A stretch of DNA of 64,000 nt, taken from positions 33,790,001 through 33,854,000 of the forward strand of contig NC_135901.1 of the NCBI RefSeq assembly GCF_964194155.1. Direction: 5' to 3'. The first letter of the stretch is position 1, and each line of letters begins with the position of its first letter. The notes below the pieces were generated by a model. The model saw only the letters and a program-made list of their open reading frames with translations, ran no database searches and was not told the DNA's origin. Source of the DNA: Cetorhinus maximus (lineage: Eukaryota). The position numbers and the translations under genes were made by a program. This document shows positions 61,701 through 64,000 of the stretch, piece by piece.

Positions 61701-62670
61701 AACCAATCTTTATTTATAAACCTGTAGCAGAATGACACTTTGTTCTGATATACTTTGGATTTTAATTGGAATTATCAGATGTTTTTGCTACAATGAGCTT
61801 CGGTTGTGGACTGCAACATTTTCATTCTTCTCTGGTGATCATATCCAAAGGGCTGGAGTAGATAGATGCACTTGGTCTGCAAAATATGATTCCTGTGAGG
61901 GTGATCATGAAATTTTCTGTCAAAGTTCAGTGACATTTGATCACTTAGCGAGTGAGTGAGTCTGTGAAAATGGAACCCAAATAATCACAGCTACTGGAGG
62001 TAATTCGTTGGCTACAATGAGATCGATAAGAAAGGAATCAGAAGCGTGCAGTCCCACCCAGCTGGACACCAGTGGAGAGGCATTGCAGGAGGATGGTTCG
62101 GTCCATGATGTCAAAGACTGCGGACAGGCTGAGAAGGACAGTGAGGGAGAGTTTACCTTTGTCACATTCACACAGGATATAATTTGTACTTTGATAAGAG
62201 CTGTTTCAATACTGTGGCAGGGGCAGAAATCCCTTTGGACGGATTCAAACATGGAATTCTAGGGAAGAAAACATGGATTTGGAAGGTGATCAAGACTTTG
62301 GAGAGGAAATGGAGGTTAGTGATGGGGTTGGGATTTGTAAGGACATGGGGTCTAGGAATGGGCTAGTGGAAGGGAGGGAAACAGCAGTAGCAGCTGATTG
62401 GATTGTCTCAATCTTAGTGACAAAGAAGATCCACGAGCTCCTTGTACTTGTTGCAGATGAGGATGGAGGAGACAGGGGAGAGGCAGAAAACTTCAGAAGA
62501 AACTGACTTTTGATGGAGATATTAAAAAGACTCAATGCATTGCATGTTTAACACAGAGCTGATTTATTTGACTTTTTCCCACAATATTAACATTTATGAA
62601 TGGGTGGGAATTTGTTAACATCAACAGAAACAACCTGGATGTGATTAACAGCAAACTCCAATGACTGTAG

Positions 62671-63792
62671 TTACTTGTGAACTCGCTGGTGTCTCAGTAG
62701 GGCAGATGACTGAGTGAAACCCTTCCCACACACAGAGCAGGTGTATGGCCTCTCCCCAGTGTGAACTCGCCGGTGTGTCAGCAGGTGGGGTGAAGTAATG
62801 AAACCCTTTCCGCAATCAGAGCAGGTGAACGGCCTCTCCCCAGTGTGAATTCGCTGGTGTGTCAGCAAGTGGGATGAATTGATGAATCCCTTCCCACACT
62901 CGGAGCAGGTGAATGGCCTCTCCCCAGTGTGGACTCGCTGGTGTGTTCGCAGTTGGGATGAATTAATGAATCCCTTCCCACACACAAAGCACGTGAATGG
63001 TCTCTCCCCGGTGTGAACCCGCTGGTGTACAATGAGATGAGATGATTGCCTGAACCCAGTCCCACAGTGAGAGCACCTGAATGGTCTCTCGTCAGTGTGA
63101 ATACGTTGATGGCGCATCAGTTCCCCAGAACTTTTATAGCACTTCCCGCAGTCTGGGCATTTAAAAGGTCTCTCCTCCATGTGAACCCGCTGGTGTGACA
63201 GCAGCTCGGATGACTGAGTGAATCCCTTCCCACACTCGGAGCAGGTGAATGGCCTCTCCCCAGTGTGAATGCGCTGGTGTGTCAGCAGGTGGGATGATCG
63301 AGTGAATCCCTTCCCACACTCGGAACAGGTGAATGGTCTCTCCCCAGTGTGACTGCGCTGATGGACAGTGAGTTGCGACGATTGCCTGAACCCAGTCCCA
63401 CAGTGAGAGCACCTGAACGGTCTCTCGTCAGTGTGAACACGTTGATGGCACATTAGGTTCTCGGAACTTTTATAGCACTTCCCACAATCTGGGCATTTAA
63501 AAGGTCTCTCCCTGGTGTGAATTAGCTGGTGTTTCAGCAGGGTGGATGACTGAGTGAATCCCTTCCCGCATTTGGAGCAGATGAATGGCCTCTCCCCAGT
63601 ATGATTGCGCTGATGAGTTTCCAGCTCAGATGGGTAATTAAATCCCTTCCCACAGTCCCCACATTTCCACGGTTTCTCCCCAGTGTGACTGAGTTTATGC
63701 TCTAACAGGTCAGATGACTGGCTGAAGTCTCGTCCACACACAGAACACGTGTGCGGTTTCTCCCCACTGTGAATGGTGCTTTTTCCTTCCAT
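62671..63792 (-). CDS. Tandem C2H2 zinc-finger protein, class A, 13 fingers (promoter beyond the window)
   Basis: ATG at 63792, acceptor tttcacag at about 63901, polyA signal at about 62562. Confidence 0.93.
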   Translation of the reverse strand: MEGKSTIHSGEKPHTCSVCGRDFSQSSDLLEHKLSHTGEKPWKCGDCGKGFNYPSELETHQRNHTGERPFICSKCGKGFTQSSTLLKHQLIHTRERPFKCPDCGKCYKSSENLMCHQRVHTDERPFRCSHCGTGFRQSSQLTVHQRSHTGERPFTCSECGKGFTRSSHLLTHQRIHTGERPFTCSECGKGFTQSSELLSHQRVHMEERPFKCPDCGKCYKSSGELMRHQRIHTDERPFRCSHCGTGFRQSSHLIVHQRVHTGERPFTCFVCGKGFINSSQLRTHQRVHTGERPFTCSECGKGFINSSHLLTHQRIHTGERPFTCSDCGKGFITSPHLLTHRRVHTGERPYTCSVCGKGFTQSSALLRHQRVHK

Positions 63793-64000
63793 GTTCAAAA
63801 TCCGATGATATTCAGGTTACGATAAACTGGGCGACTCCGTCAGACCTGATGTGATATTTGGTTTGCGTTTCCCGACTGCAAATCCTCCCCTTCTAAAACC
63901 CTGTGAAATTGATTTAAAACAGAAAAAAGGGAGTGAGAGAGAACCCACAAAAACACAAAGGCAGGTTGTGAAATTGAATTGAATGAATCTGGTAATTTGT

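Overview
Eukaryotic DNA, most likely from a cartilaginous fish (inferred from the zinc-finger sequence style and the CR1/L2/Penelope/tRNA-SINE repeat content). The window is a dense cluster of tandem C2H2 zinc-finger (ZNF) genes. It holds 8 open single-coding-exon genes of 5-16 fingers in two subfamilies: class A begins MEGKST, class B begins MEKPW/MDKLW. Several ZNF pseudogenes and orphan UTR fragments are also present. Most genes have a duplicated GC-rich promoter cassette (CCAAT, GC box, NRF1-like, YY1-like and ZNF143-like motifs), a short first exon and one intron. No KRAB, SCAN or BTB domain is visible. The spacers are filled with CR1, L2 and RTE LINE fragments, two Penelope-like element (PLE) families with hammerhead-like motifs, tRNA-derived SINEs, five LTRs, probable hAT remnants, a 21-bp G-rich minisatellite and a tRNA-Val pseudogene. 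Most notable: a conserved atypical N-terminal finger in all 8 genes, a ZNF promoter fragment captured by a PLE insertion, an antisense-oriented YY1/NRF1 module at 7 promoters, and decayed fingers retained as 5' UTR. All coordinates and alignments were read by eye, so repeat boundaries are approximate.
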